This document shows positions 12,859-25,042 of a stretch of 64,000 bases of DNA, piece after piece. Made by a program: the position numbers and the translations under genes. Source of the stretch: Zygnema circumcarinatum SAG 698-1b (lineage: Eukaryota; Plantae; Zygnematophyceae); the NCBI GenBank assembly GCA_037447605.1, contig CM074807.1, forward strand, positions 2,490,327 to 2,554,326, in the 5' to 3' direction. Position 1 is the first letter of the stretch; each line of letters begins with the position of its first letter. The notes below the pieces were generated by a model that saw only the letters and a list, made by a program, of their open reading frames with translations, made no database searches and had not been told where the DNA came from.

Positions 12859-13265
12859 AACAATAAACAATTTGCATGAAAAGCATTGCGGCACCATTGG
12901 TTTCAAGCACCAATGTGAGTGTATCATAGTATATCATTTATGGTCGCTCAGAAGCAACAAGGAATGGCAATCAGAAAGGGCCACACGGACTCACCACAGT
13001 TTCACAAAAACCATTCCGCAGCCAAAAAAAAATTCTCGCTAGGAAGATTTTTGACCTCATAAGCTTTGTGGCTCATGAAAGCAAGAATTTTTCTTTGGGA
13101 ACATAATGATTTTCGCAAAACTGTGATGAGTCCGTGTGACCCTTTCTAACTGCCATTCTTTAGTGCTACTGCACGGCCGTCAATGATATACCATGATATA
13201 CTCACATTAGTGCTTCAAAGTAGTGGTGGCAAGGTGATTTTCATGCAAATTATCGATTGTTCTCT
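12852..13265. mobile_element. 414-bp foldback, non-autonomous Mutator-like element with ~190-bp imperfect TIRs and 9-bp TSD
   Basis: Arms 12852-13040 and 13080-13265 are reverse complements at ~80% identity by eye, with a 39-nt loop. The direct repeat TTCTCCAAA flanks it at 12843-12851 and 13266-13274. Confidence 0.75.
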
Positions 13266-13409
13266 TTCTCCAAACTGTTCAAAAAAATCTTTAATTCAAC
13301 TCTACATAGGTATACAAGATTGTCTGTGCCTTCCCGACCAGTTCACGCTAAAGACTCAAAGTTCGATATTGTTAGTGCATGGTAGTTAGGAACTTGTAAC
13401 ACATAAAGC

Positions 13410-16400
13410 TTATGTGGTCAAAAATCTTCCCATCGTCCCCTCCTTCACGTTCATGGAAGCCACACGAGCTTGCCGTTCGTACTCCAGAAGAGTCTGCACA
13501 CGATTCTAGCATTCGCGAAATTCGCGATTAGGCACGTCGTGCATATGTTATAAGGTTGCATAAGATAAGAAACTTACCTTCTCAACAAATCTCTAGGCAC
13601 GCTCCTACACCACTGGCAATGCCAAAGCAAAATGCATGTCTCCATTTTAGAGACTTTCTTTCTGAGAAACGCCCGAGACCTATGTAACACAACGACACGG
13701 GTAACGAATAAGTACATAATCCCTTCATATCAAGAGGAGATTTGAGCCCTGACCTCAAGCTGACGACGTGAAAAGAAGTTTTGGAAAGTGCTCGACGACT
13801 CCACCACTTTCTGCACCATGTCGCTTTCATCATGTTCCGGAAGTCCATTAGTGCTTGCTAGATATACACGCACCTGCAAGAAAATCCCACGACTGTCAAT
13901 TCATCCCCTCACGAATCTCTTGAGTACGCCCCGTTGCCCTCTCATCGGGCGAAACAAAGGCCAAACAATAAGAAAGCATGTTGGAAGCATTTCAATAACG
14001 CATAACTGGGGAGACTCTCAAGGTTTTCCATACACGACAAAGGATGCATGATGTGATGATCCCACACGGACCACTTTAAACATCCACATCGACACATGCA
14101 GGCTGTCCATTAACTGAAGACATCCACTGGGCTTCGTTTTCCAGCATGACTAAGGGATGTCCATCGAGCGTATACTGTCAGGTTATGCTGCAAAGCTGAA
14201 CAAACAGATGTGCTTCATCGTTGACATCCGATAGAAATGCATGGCCTTAAAGTGGACCCACCTCCATGTAACGCAACAGAAGTGCAGGCAAACAGCAGAG
14301 CCTGCACAGGCCGAGACTCAAGGAGCGAGCGGGTACAGTTCTCCCTTCGGGGGTCACAGTCGCATATGCCTCCAGCATCACAACCTGAAGGCACGACTTC
14401 GGCCATTTCGGTAGTTCCCCTGAAAGCCGCAACACAATACGAATATGCCCACAGTTTCAACAACAATGGCCAAACTGAACTAAAGCTAAGAAAGAACGAG
14501 CTACGGACGAATTAAAGGTGGCGTGCATTTAGTAATGCTAACCTTTCATTGCTGCTGCCATCACTCCACCAAGCAGGCCTCCTGTAGGGTGAGCATTGAA
14601 ACTAACACCATCATCTGAAGACGGTCGACAACTCAGACGGACTTCCATCATGCAAACGTCCTTCGGACAGATTTCCACCTGCCTCAACCCCAACCCAATA
14701 CATGTTTCTGAGTCATATCGAGGGACCAGACTGCCCGAAATCATAAGGCAAGCTGTTCACGTTTCACTACGCTCAATGCATCTTCCCCTTATACCACGAT
14801 TTAGGCCCAACGTCCAGGACCATGTTTCTGCACAAGCTGAGCCAAGACCAACTTTTTTATAAAGCAATTCCTCAACAATTTCTCACATTGGACCTGCAAA
14901 TACTCTTACTTCGTACTAATACGAGACGAGTACTAATGAGTACAAAGTTAAGAGCTACTTATGTGTCTTATCACTCTCCTACACTACTGCAGCTACCCGC
15001 TGAGCATGCGTTCAAGGAAGAGCATCTCCATCCAGTAATCACAGTCCCTAGAGTCACGAGTTCACAAAAATGTCCACTCGGTTAAAGTAGCATACACACC
15101 TTCAGATCTCGGAGTGATGCGACATTCTCTTCAACAGAGGCCAGCAATGCAGACGCAAAGCCTTCACAAATGCTATCATTCAAGGGTATAGGGGAGCCGT
15201 TCTCCACAAGGGCCCCAGTCGCATACAGTTGTAGCAATTGTGCCTCTTTTGTCTTGTGTCTTGAGATGTCATCTGGCAACCAGGCCTCTGCAGAACCTGA
15301 AACCACCAGAAACCGCCCATATTATAACCTGTCAACTGAAGCCATTAAGAAAACTTCAGTCGAAGCACAAGTGAACCTCATGAAAAGTCAACTTTGTCAC
15401 TAGTAAAGGCATCACATTACCACACGAAACCTCTACAATTAAATTGACCTATCCCGTCGTTTCCCTTCCCAGCCTTCGTAGCTTCTATTTATAGAACTGA
15501 CCTTTGAAGATCGACCTGCCAATTTCCAGAACTTGCACAGCCAACCTAACTCTCTCGCCCTTGTCGAATTGGTGGGAGTCTATTTCTTTCCACTGGTAGT
15601 AAAACGCATCAAACGCAAAATAGTCTTGCTGCAACATGGATACCAAACAGATTAGATTATTTTAGATAAGGGTTAAAGGAATGGAATTATAGGACTAAGG
15701 TTATAGGACTCGGGTGCTGGGACTAGGGTTATAGAATTAGAGTTATCGGATTAGAGTTATAAAGTTCGGGTAAGGGTTATGGGGTTAGAGCTAAGGGTTT
15801 ATGGTGTTATAGAATTAGGGTGTTCGGATATAGAACACCCTAATTCGGTGTTCGGGTAAAGATTAGGATTAGGATTAAGGGGTATTACATTAGATCACAC
15901 TAGATTTGGTTAGACTCAATGAGAGTACATTGAATTAAATTAGATTTGGCCAGCTATGATGATCCTTGTTAAGCATTCACGCATCCTTCTTGATTAACTT
16001 TTCACTCACCCAACAATCAAATTCTCGTCTGTTGACATTCATGAGTGCAGAAGCAGTCGAAGACGGATCTGCTTCCAATTGCTCCGCTTGAACCAGCACT
16101 TCTATCGAGAGTGTTCGTGTGAGCTCAAGTGCTTCCACAGGAGGCCTCCCTTTGCTTCCAGTTCCTGCCAGAGCGAACTCACGGAAGAGGGTATTGCTGG
16201 ACACCCCAACCCCCAAAAGCATCCAGCAAGCTTCATATTTCCAAAATCAAATGACGTAGTCTTTCCTAATCAGCTTTATCTCGGACATGCCTTCCACGCC
16301 TCCTGGCACCTCATGTGGCAATTGCTGCATGTGAGTGCTTGTGCGAGAAGGATACCTGTAAGCTAGCGCTCTTGCACAAATTTCAGTGCGTGCAAGGGCT

Positions 16401-19400
16401 GAATTGGGCAGATCCATCTGTGGATCCAAACACATCCACTGAATGGCCTTGACACGTCGGAACGCTTCTGCTTGCATGTGATCATCCCAAGAACGATCTT
16501 CTGGCAAAGAATTTAGCTCTCGTGACCTTTCCATAAGCCTATAACCCACCCAAAAAACGTAATGTTTGGTCTGAGTTGAGTAAACCAAGAAAGAGGAAGG
16601 CCTACAAGAAGCTCAACTGCCAAAGAAGAATACAACGTATGAAAGGCCAAGGACAGCCTATAAAAATAGTCATGAAAACACGCGTGGATCATCCATTTGC
16701 AGCTACACAGAGACCGCTACATAAACAATGTAGAGGTGTCACGGACAAACCTGTCAAATATGTTGAGTACCGCGTTTTCGCAGCCATGTAATGGCAAATG
16801 TTTCAGCGCAGATTTTACAACGTTTCGGTTCACTGTCAGGCTGATTTGCCCAAAGACCCGAGAGAAAATCATTAGATTAAGATATCTGAACTGCTCGAGT
16901 CAACAACATAGCAAAAACAGAGTATCCAGGAATTGAAAATAACCACCTTGCACTGGCCCTCAATTCCAGCAACGCGACGAAGATGCACAAAGCGTCATGT
17001 GGCATCAACTTGGATGCATAAAGGGCTACCCATTCTTCTTTTCCTCGTGCCACAAGCTGTACAATATAGCTGCATGCCTCAACCCCTACAACAACACCGT
17101 TAGCCGATACAATGTCGTGCCTATCTGGTTAATGAAATGCCTTGTGGTTTAGAGCCATAATAGTTGTCTCCACCAGAAATGGATGAAAACAAAGCAGAAA
17201 ATGGACGGACTTCCTGAAGGATTATAAGGGTATCGCGGTCAAATGCACAGCTAGGAACATACCTGATAATAATGGAATCCCCGCTCTGCCGGAGTTTGCT
17301 CAATTCCATTGCTGTCTGCTCTCCTGGGAGAAGCACTCGTAATAACAAAACAACATGGGCTGCGCAACGTGCCATATGTGCCTCTGATCTGCAAACATCA
17401 TATCCTTGCGTGCTGTCAGTTTTCAACAGATTGCAACACAAAATAAAAAACCAGCTAGCACTTGTTTCGAATGCGATAATCACAGCTTTTCCTGAGCCAA
17501 GGGTATCGAAGAACTTCAAAACCAAGGCCCACGTGCAGGCTCATGCAAGCGATAGTATTTCTCTCCCAAAGTAATAGACAAGAATGGCCAGTATCAAGGC
17601 TCGCCAGGCTCAATTCATTGCTCTCGTGCAAAAATAGCTCGAACTGAAGTTACAGTGCGGAAGTATATTGTGTGAATCAGTCGTCCCGATCACACGGGAA
17701 CAATCCAGACTCGATAGATTAGCATGGCCAGTGGAGCTTAAATTGCAAGTTCCAGATGCACAACAAGTATTCTTAGCCACACGTGATATGCGTGGATGGC
17801 ATCAAGTAGGCGTAAAATGAAACCTAGGGGCGCCGCACCAGTGCGAGGGACAAAGTAAGGAGATTCATCCCCATTTCGCAAAGTGAAGGACACTGCGCCC
17901 TACGTGGTGTGGACCAGGTAAGTGCTCAAGCGGGTTGCAATGCTTCGAATGCAACAAATTTGATAGCACAAAGGACGTACCAGAGTTCACTTCGGCGGTC
18001 GAGACATACCAATGCAAATGCTTTGATACTGTAGCTATAACTAATGAGTCAGTCCTCTCATCAACAGACTGAGAACATTGGTGTCAAACTGCTCGATAAC
18101 CAGACATGACTGACCCTTCCTACTAGTAAAGACCCAATGTACTCCTAGTGACTTTACAACAAGTTCAACTGCTCCGTCATGTTCGTCACCTCAACAAATG
18201 GCTCACTTGGCCGTTCATAACGGTCATGAAACTCACTTCGACAAGTTGCCGTTTGGATGCTGAGTTACCCAGGTGTGCAGAATGTCCATTATTTCACATA
18301 CGTCAAGGGCCATCAGCCGCATCTGCATTCCAACCAACATCAAACTGGACGCAATAAAGCCCTTTTGTGCCACACAATTGTCTTTCGAGGTTGAAACATT
18401 ATTTTCAAGCAAAAAAAGCCAAAAAGTCGTCACAATTGCAGCCTGTAAATGTCGCACTTACTTGCAGAATCCGATGAGGCTCCTTGCACTCGCGCCTCAC
18501 GCTCTCATGGACTTCTTCGCTGCAGAACTCATAAGAACATCGTTAACTGAAGATATGAAGTTCTAATGGTGTAAAGTAGAAGACTACATACTCAATCTCA
18601 CATTTGTCCTTAAATTGAAGTGATCTAATCATTATCGACAATGTCCAGAAATGAAAACAAAGTAATCAAAAGAACAGTCTCCAGTGGAAGTCCCACGAGT
18701 GCATCTCAATTGCCTTACATTCCAAAGGCGTAACCAAGCACATTCTAAGTCAACTAAGCCAAAAAGTTGCACAAGTGCATGCCGGCATTATATGTAATCA
18801 TGCCATTGACACTCAATCGACTAATCCATCGTTGGTTGGCACACCTTCCTTGCAGCCTCTGAAAGAGCTCATCAAGGTTCGCTGGTTGCTGTTCCTGCAC
18901 TGGCTTTGGCCATTCATAATAGGCTGCTAAAGTCACTTGCGGATCTTTTAAAAACGACCCCGTGCCAAGCCCAGTTGTTTTTCCAATTCTATGATCAGTT
19001 CGGAGATTTAGAGTGGCCAAATGACTGTCGACCTGTTCGTCCAGCCATGCACGTACCATGGCCCAGCAAGCTGCCTGCAATTTTCAGCCCCCTCCCTGCC
19101 CCAGAGAGTGAGGGCGAGACTGGCAGTTCTCATGACGTTGCAGTAAGGAAGCAACTCGTGAGAGAGAAAACATAATCTTCACAGTAGCCTCAAGAAAGTC
19201 CTGTTACTAACCTCCCAATGCGTGCATACAGGAAGCATGCGACGCAAGTTGCTGCACATGGCAGCATAGACAGCAGCCTCAAATGGAGTCCTTCCTCGTT
19301 CTTGCGCCATTCTCTGCAGATTCACGCATGACATTAGGTTGCAAGACGATCTACTCATGTCCATGCATGCCTACGGGCTAAAAACCTTCTTCCTTCACTA

Positions 19401-22400
19401 TCACGGGGTTAGAACGACGCCACGCAAGCATGACTTGTTCAGCACGCTTGCGGCGCAATATCCTGCATTAAACCTATGTAAACTGAAAATAAAAACAATG
19501 ATAATTATTTCCATTACTAGGGTTGAGGAAACACAGACTTCTGCATTGAATTCTTCAATTTCAAAACATGGTTCAATTTTGGACATGGGATGGACAGGTC
19601 GTCAAATTGCCAACCTCTGAAGCACAGTAATTACTCCACTTCCAAAGTGTCCGTTGACGACCTCTGCCTGTGTCTAATTCCACGGCTTGCTCCTCTTCTC
19701 TCTTTTGATGTCCCTTCTTGCACCACTCTGCCAGAGGAGGGGAGGGCCCCTCATCTCCACAGCCTCCAAGGGTGGCTGCCCTCCATGGCTGCTCAATCCG
19801 ACTCCCCTCCACAATCGCAGTTGAGCCCCAGAATACAGACATTGACAAGGAGATATCTGGCAGCTCATGACAGATACAACCAACAGCTCTACGACCATAA
19901 AAATTTGGGACATCGCATACCTGGCCAGCAGTGCGACAGAGATTGCGAGCTTCATGAAGCCGGCCTGCACGAATCAGCTTCCAAACATCCTCCAGAAGGC
20001 CAGCCTCAGGTTTCTGCTTACCCATATATCACCCCGTCCTGACTGCCTGATTCAGAGGAGTTATTGCCCTTTATATTAAGGAGGACAGAGCCACCTTTAT
20101 AACGAGCAACGATTTATCACTGGCAGCAGCTTTGTGCTTCTGAAGTCATGATATAGTCACATCCACAGATGCAAGAGGCTCCTTCGAAGGATTCCGTGAA
20201 ACTTTGTCATGAAATGCTAGATTACATCAGTGTACTCCACTTCTTGAATAACAAGAATACGGGATCTGAATGGTGGCTTATTACAGTCCAAAAAAATGCT
20301 CTGAAAAATCTCTGACATAGAGGCTCCAAATAAAGAATTAGTCATGCTCTCAGTCAGCATATGCACAAAAGAGTAACCTAAATATACAGTCATTGTCCGG
20401 ACTCAAACGTCCAACAACTTGCCTGAAACCATCACTCGAGGTGGCCATCATACAACACGGACGTATGGAGGAGCTCTGGGTTAATCTGGCCACGTCAAAT
20501 TCGACGCAAACAGCTGCATTCCTAATACTGAATTAATACATCCAGCGGGTGTTCATTTTTCATTGCTTAAGCAAAAATAGCGGAAAGTTGTGAGACACCC
20601 CAGACCTCATTCTTCTTATCATTGGAAAATGTGACCTTTTTTCCATAGCCACATATGCAGTTAACATTTTCAGACTAAAAATAACCTCTTCTCAATACAC
20701 CTTCAGGGCAATTGCAGAAGAGATACAGTTCCATTTATGGAATGTACGCGAAAGTTATGCGAAATGGTCTTGAAGTTATAATTTACATCAGGCGACAATG
20801 CGGCGATATGCACAGGAACTGTAGACCTACTTCATCTTCAGGATGAAGGCGCGTGTCCAGCCTGGTAGGTGCATCTGGATCAATGTGATGGGGCAATCCG
20901 GGCTGGCGGTTACGAATTCCATGTAACGTCGATCGCCATACTCCATATCGCCGTGAATATGCCCCCACATAGCTTCCTGTTTGCTGCATCGCACAAATAG
21001 CAACGTACCCCTCAGCTGCCAGTCACACTTTGTGTCTGCTGCTCCAATATGTGGCAAGCTCATCATATTTCTTCATGGCGTTTCGCTTTGGAGTAGTAGG
21101 ACCATCGCAACGTACGTTCAGGGTCAAACTGTCTGTGCTAAAACTAGTAGGAGTCAAAGTCAAACGGCTTGAACCTTAATTTCGTCACTCTTCTCCATGA
21201 AGAGACAGCCCCACAACGAGACAAGCAAGCGTGTATCAGAAGATGATAGCAACTATGGGCTTACTAAAAAGGCTTACAGGTAAACGTAGGTGTGTTCAAG
21301 CATTCGCATTACCGTGTCAACAAGGTCAAAATCTATGGGCCCTAGATGAGTACCTCCAGCTCCCTATCCAATTCCAGTGAGGCCAGCTCTTCAAGCCATT
21401 GTACGATGCAGAGGCATTTCCGAGCAAACGAATCCTCAGCCAGAAAGAGGCCTGCATATTGCTGTGAAGGAGGAGGCTTCTGCAGAAAGGACCCAGCCAA
21501 CACTTTCACGCTTCAGAAAATGAGAGAAGTACGAATCATGAAATCAAGAAAATATAGTGAAACAGAAGAAGCCTTACCAATAAACTTGCTTCAGCGAGTA
21601 CACTGTCTTCTCCTGTACCAGCACCGGTGATACTCTGTCAGACCAGAATCATTGTGGACATTTTCATTTTGGATGGCTTGTCGTGACTTGCAAGCAGAAA
21701 GTGGCACATACTATTGATCATTAGTCACCATCAAGAAGCACTACTCGCCTTTGCCAAGAATATGCCGTAGCAAGGACCAAGTTGCAGATTCTATATGTAG
21801 AAGGTTTCCTTTCTGCTGAAGAACATGTCCTTCTGTTGAACGTCCTTGATGCTTTGCCTCCTCTCTGCCATGCACAAACCGCCTATTATTGTATCTACAG
21901 CAACAGAATGCAGAAAGACCTGGCTCGAGGACCCCTAGACCTTCATGACGAGGAAGGACAAACACAATTCGCTATCCACGAGGAACCTAGAGAAGCATTG
22001 GTTAGAATTATTGTCATAGCAGACTGCAAGCACAAATGCTTGAGAGCAGGAAATCTCGATGTGGTGGGAACTACCACAACATCGGTAATCGCATAAATAT
22101 GCACCACGTTTGACCATGTTACATGATGATCTCGTGCTCTGAGAACTTCATCCCCATGTGCGACTCCCGTATCTATGCTCCTCTATTTGCGTTCTCAGTG
22201 GTGAACATGGTACTCACCTCACCATATCACCAAGCGTGCGAGATGACTCTTCATATAAGTTCAACAAGTCCGGATAATCCATGTCACCTGTCCAGCCGCG
22301 TTGATTTCAAAAACTCCAAGACTTTACCACATGGTCTACCAGTGCAGTCTCAAGGTTTGCCACCCTCAACTATATGAAAGTACAGAAGTTTTATATAACT

Positions 22401-23685
22401 TTTCCTTAGAGTAGAGAAATTTGCAAGGAGCTATGGAGGTACCAGCAGAGGTAGAGGCTAAAAGTTCCGCGAACAGCTCATAGGCTATCTCAGCAGCATC
22501 TGTATAAACAGCTTGCTCCTGCAGATAAATGCAGAAGTTCATATTCAGTCGGTGCAGAAAAAAAAAACAGCAGTCGAATGCAACCCAGCAAAAAACGAGT
22601 AAACTAACAAACGTCTGACCCCGCTCTGCAGTAGTAAGAATATTAGTAAGAAGGTTAGAACACAATGTATTTTATGGCTTTTGATAGTGATGAATTATAC
22701 CTCCTTTAATCGCCTGATGATTGCAGCGACATCTGGAAGTTCGAACTGCTGCGGCTGTTGTGCAAACGGGCCGTCCGAAAAACCAGCGCTCGAAGCAGGC
22801 GAGTTGTCATCAATACCAGTACCTTCAGATTGTCTACTCAGAGGAGTTTCCGTTTGACCTTCAACATTTTTAATGTAATCAAACTTGGGAGGACTGGGAT
22901 CAACTGGTGGCCGTGGAGTCTTGCTGCCCAGCCACACACCATACAATAGCTTACTGCAAATAAGTATGAAGTAACACCAATTTTCAAACATTCGGAAACT
23001 GAAAGGAAAAGGCTACTTTCAGCTGCTACAGACATTGCAGGCATGACTCTCACTTACTGAGGAGTATAACTGGTGAGCTCTGGCCTATCTGTAACTAGAA
23101 ACACGTCAGGCGAATATGCCTTCTCGCCAGGACNNNNNNNNNNNNNNNNNNNNNNNNNNNNNNNNNNNNNNNNNNNNNNNNNNNNNNNNNNNNNNNNNNN
23201 NNNNNNNNNNNNNNNNNNNNNNNNNNNNNNNNNGCCGTCCGAAAAACCAGGGCTCGAAGCAGCCGAGTTGTCATCAATACCAGTACCTTCAGATTGTCTA
23301 CTCAGAGGAGTTTCCGTTTTTCCTTCAACATTTTTAATGTAATCAAACTTGGGAGGACTGGGATCAACTGGTGGCCGTGGAGTCTTGCTGCCCAGCCACA
23401 AAACAAATAATAGCTTATTGCAAATAAGTATGAAGCAACACCAAGTTTCAAACATTCGGCGACTGAAAGAAAAAGGTTGCTTTCAACTGCTATAGACATT
23501 GCAGGCATGACTCTCACTTACTGAGGAGTATAACTGGTGAGCTCTGGTCTATCTGTATCTAAAAACACGTCAAGAGAATATGTCTTCTCGCCAGGACTAT
23601 CGCTCCCTCCTGCAGTCTCCATTGTTGGTGAATACTCTATCTTCGGCTGAACGGCAAGCCCCTTCTTGAAAGCTGCGCCCTCCAT
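13410..23685 (-). CDS. NUP107: Nuclear pore complex protein NUP107, multi-exon
   Basis: Spliced exons follow recalled Arabidopsis NUP107 collinearly: ESATWSLLRHILGKG, CIVQWLEELAS, HHIDPDAPTR, LLEDVWKLIRAGR, PWRAATL, LWKWSNYCASE, CSNLRRMLPVCTHWE, ACWAMVRAWLD, SNTLFREFAL, GLCRLCCLPALLLR, FSRRQLE|TLLEYER..TAA(13410). The start may be 23685 or the next in-frame Met. The N-terminal exons are duplicated across a gap. Confidence 0.93.
15661..15885. repeat. Degenerate TTAGGG/GGTTAT hexamer tract in a NUP107 intron, containing a perfect 14-bp-stem hairpin (15812-15846)
   Basis: Runs of ttaggg, ttatag, ttatgg and ttagag units; gaattagggtgttc-ggatata-gaacaccctaattc. Confidence 0.75.
22770..23597. repeat. 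364-bp direct duplication (22770-23133 / 23234-23597) flanking a 100-N assembly gap
   Basis: Both copies abut the gap. About 24 substitutions counted by eye (~93% identity). Covers the end of NUP107 exon 1, intron 1 and most of exon 2. Confidence 0.95.
23134..23233. other. Assembly gap (100 N)
   Basis: Run of N in the sequence. Confidence 1.
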
Positions 23686-23983
23686 TACAGAAGCTCCATG
23701 ATATCGCAGAGCTGCACTTGCACCAAATGGCACCCTCTGCCTGAATTCAGAAAGCCGGCGGCCATACGGAATTACTGAGTAAAGTCCCAACGCAGCCTTA
23801 AACAAACTCCAAAACTGTGGGTTTACGAGGAAAGCAATCCTAGCCGTCCGATTTACAAAATCTCAAGATCGACAGTAGACAGCGATTCTATGGCACACCA
23901 CCAGAACTGTAACCTGCCAAAACTGGGGCAATGTCACAGACCGTACAAATTTGGCCGTACAGCTAAATCCGAACAGTGCCATA

Positions 23984-24190
23984 CAGTAGACCCCCCCAAT
24001 ATTTTCGCCATGGGTCCGATTGTCTACAAGATCTCTCCTCCCGAAAGATCCAAGGGGGAGGCGTGAATCGCGTGATTAGCCAACATGAAAGTACAAATTT
24101 TCCCGGAAGGGGGCGCGGATATCCAAAAAGTGGGGCAGCTGTATCATTTTCCAAATAAGAGGGGCGAAAACATTGGGGGGGGGTCTACTG
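23984..24190. mobile_element. 207-bp Tc1/mariner-pogo-type MITE with TA target-site duplication
   Basis: TA|CAGTAGA-C7-AATATTTTCGCC ... GGCGAAAACATT-G9-TCTACTG|TA. The ~26-28-bp TIRs have one mismatch and one homopolymer length difference. CAGT termini plus TA TSD are typical of pogo-like elements. Confidence 0.9.
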
Positions 24191-25042
24191 TACTGTAATG
24201 TACAAGGTCGTGTAACTGAACGTGTGACTAAAAAAACGGAAGTGAAAGTGACTTGACTTGTGCCTAAAACGACAACTGGAAATTCATTCACAGACGTGAG
24301 GCTTTGGCCCTTACAACATTAGGGGGGTCAGACTTAGCGCAGAGCGTACGAAATTGCCGAATTCAGTACACTAAAAGTCACTATTTTGGATTGGCAGAAC
24401 TTATGTTCGCCTGCTGTGGATAAGGGTCGAGGCAATGACGAAGCCCTCATGAGATCAGCTCTGTTCCAATCCTCTCACGGCAAGAAGAGTTGCTCAAGTG
24501 TTATTGAGATAAGTAAGCCGAACTTGTCAGAAAAGATGCCAGCCTTGTGCCTGCCGCACTTACTCCAGTGGCTGCTGATTGGAAGCACAAGAAATAAGAT
24601 TCCAGCGTTCGGTGTGGACGACAAGATGATCAAAAGGCAGTCACATTGCTACCTTCAAAATTTCCATTGCTTGCCATTACATTGGATACAATGGCATGAG
24701 ATTGCCGTCTCTTTCCTAGCATTGGAGAGGAGCGCAAGCTACTCAGAAAGGCACTTCCTTGAATGCTCACTACAGCAGCATTATTAAAATTGGAAAGCCC
24801 ATAGGACGCACCCATCAATGATCCCCACAGAAGTGTTGCCAACTTCTGCCGCTTTTTTTAGGGACATTGACTATGCAGGTATCAGCCTTCGCCGCCGTAT
24901 CGCCTGCTTCGCAACCTGCCATTGAACTCCTATGCGTCCAACAATTATGCAATCCATATGCCTAGTGCCCCAAGCTGCATCAATAGTACGTAAAGAGATA
25001 ACTGAACATAAGTAGTCCTTTGAGGCCAGCCTTGTGTCCCAG

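Noticed and set aside
17683-17729. U6 snRNA-like words (GTCCC..GGGA, AGATTAGCATGGCC)
   Set aside because: Only a 14-nt exact match; lacks the ACAGAGA box and the 3' half, and lies in an intron. Most likely chance.
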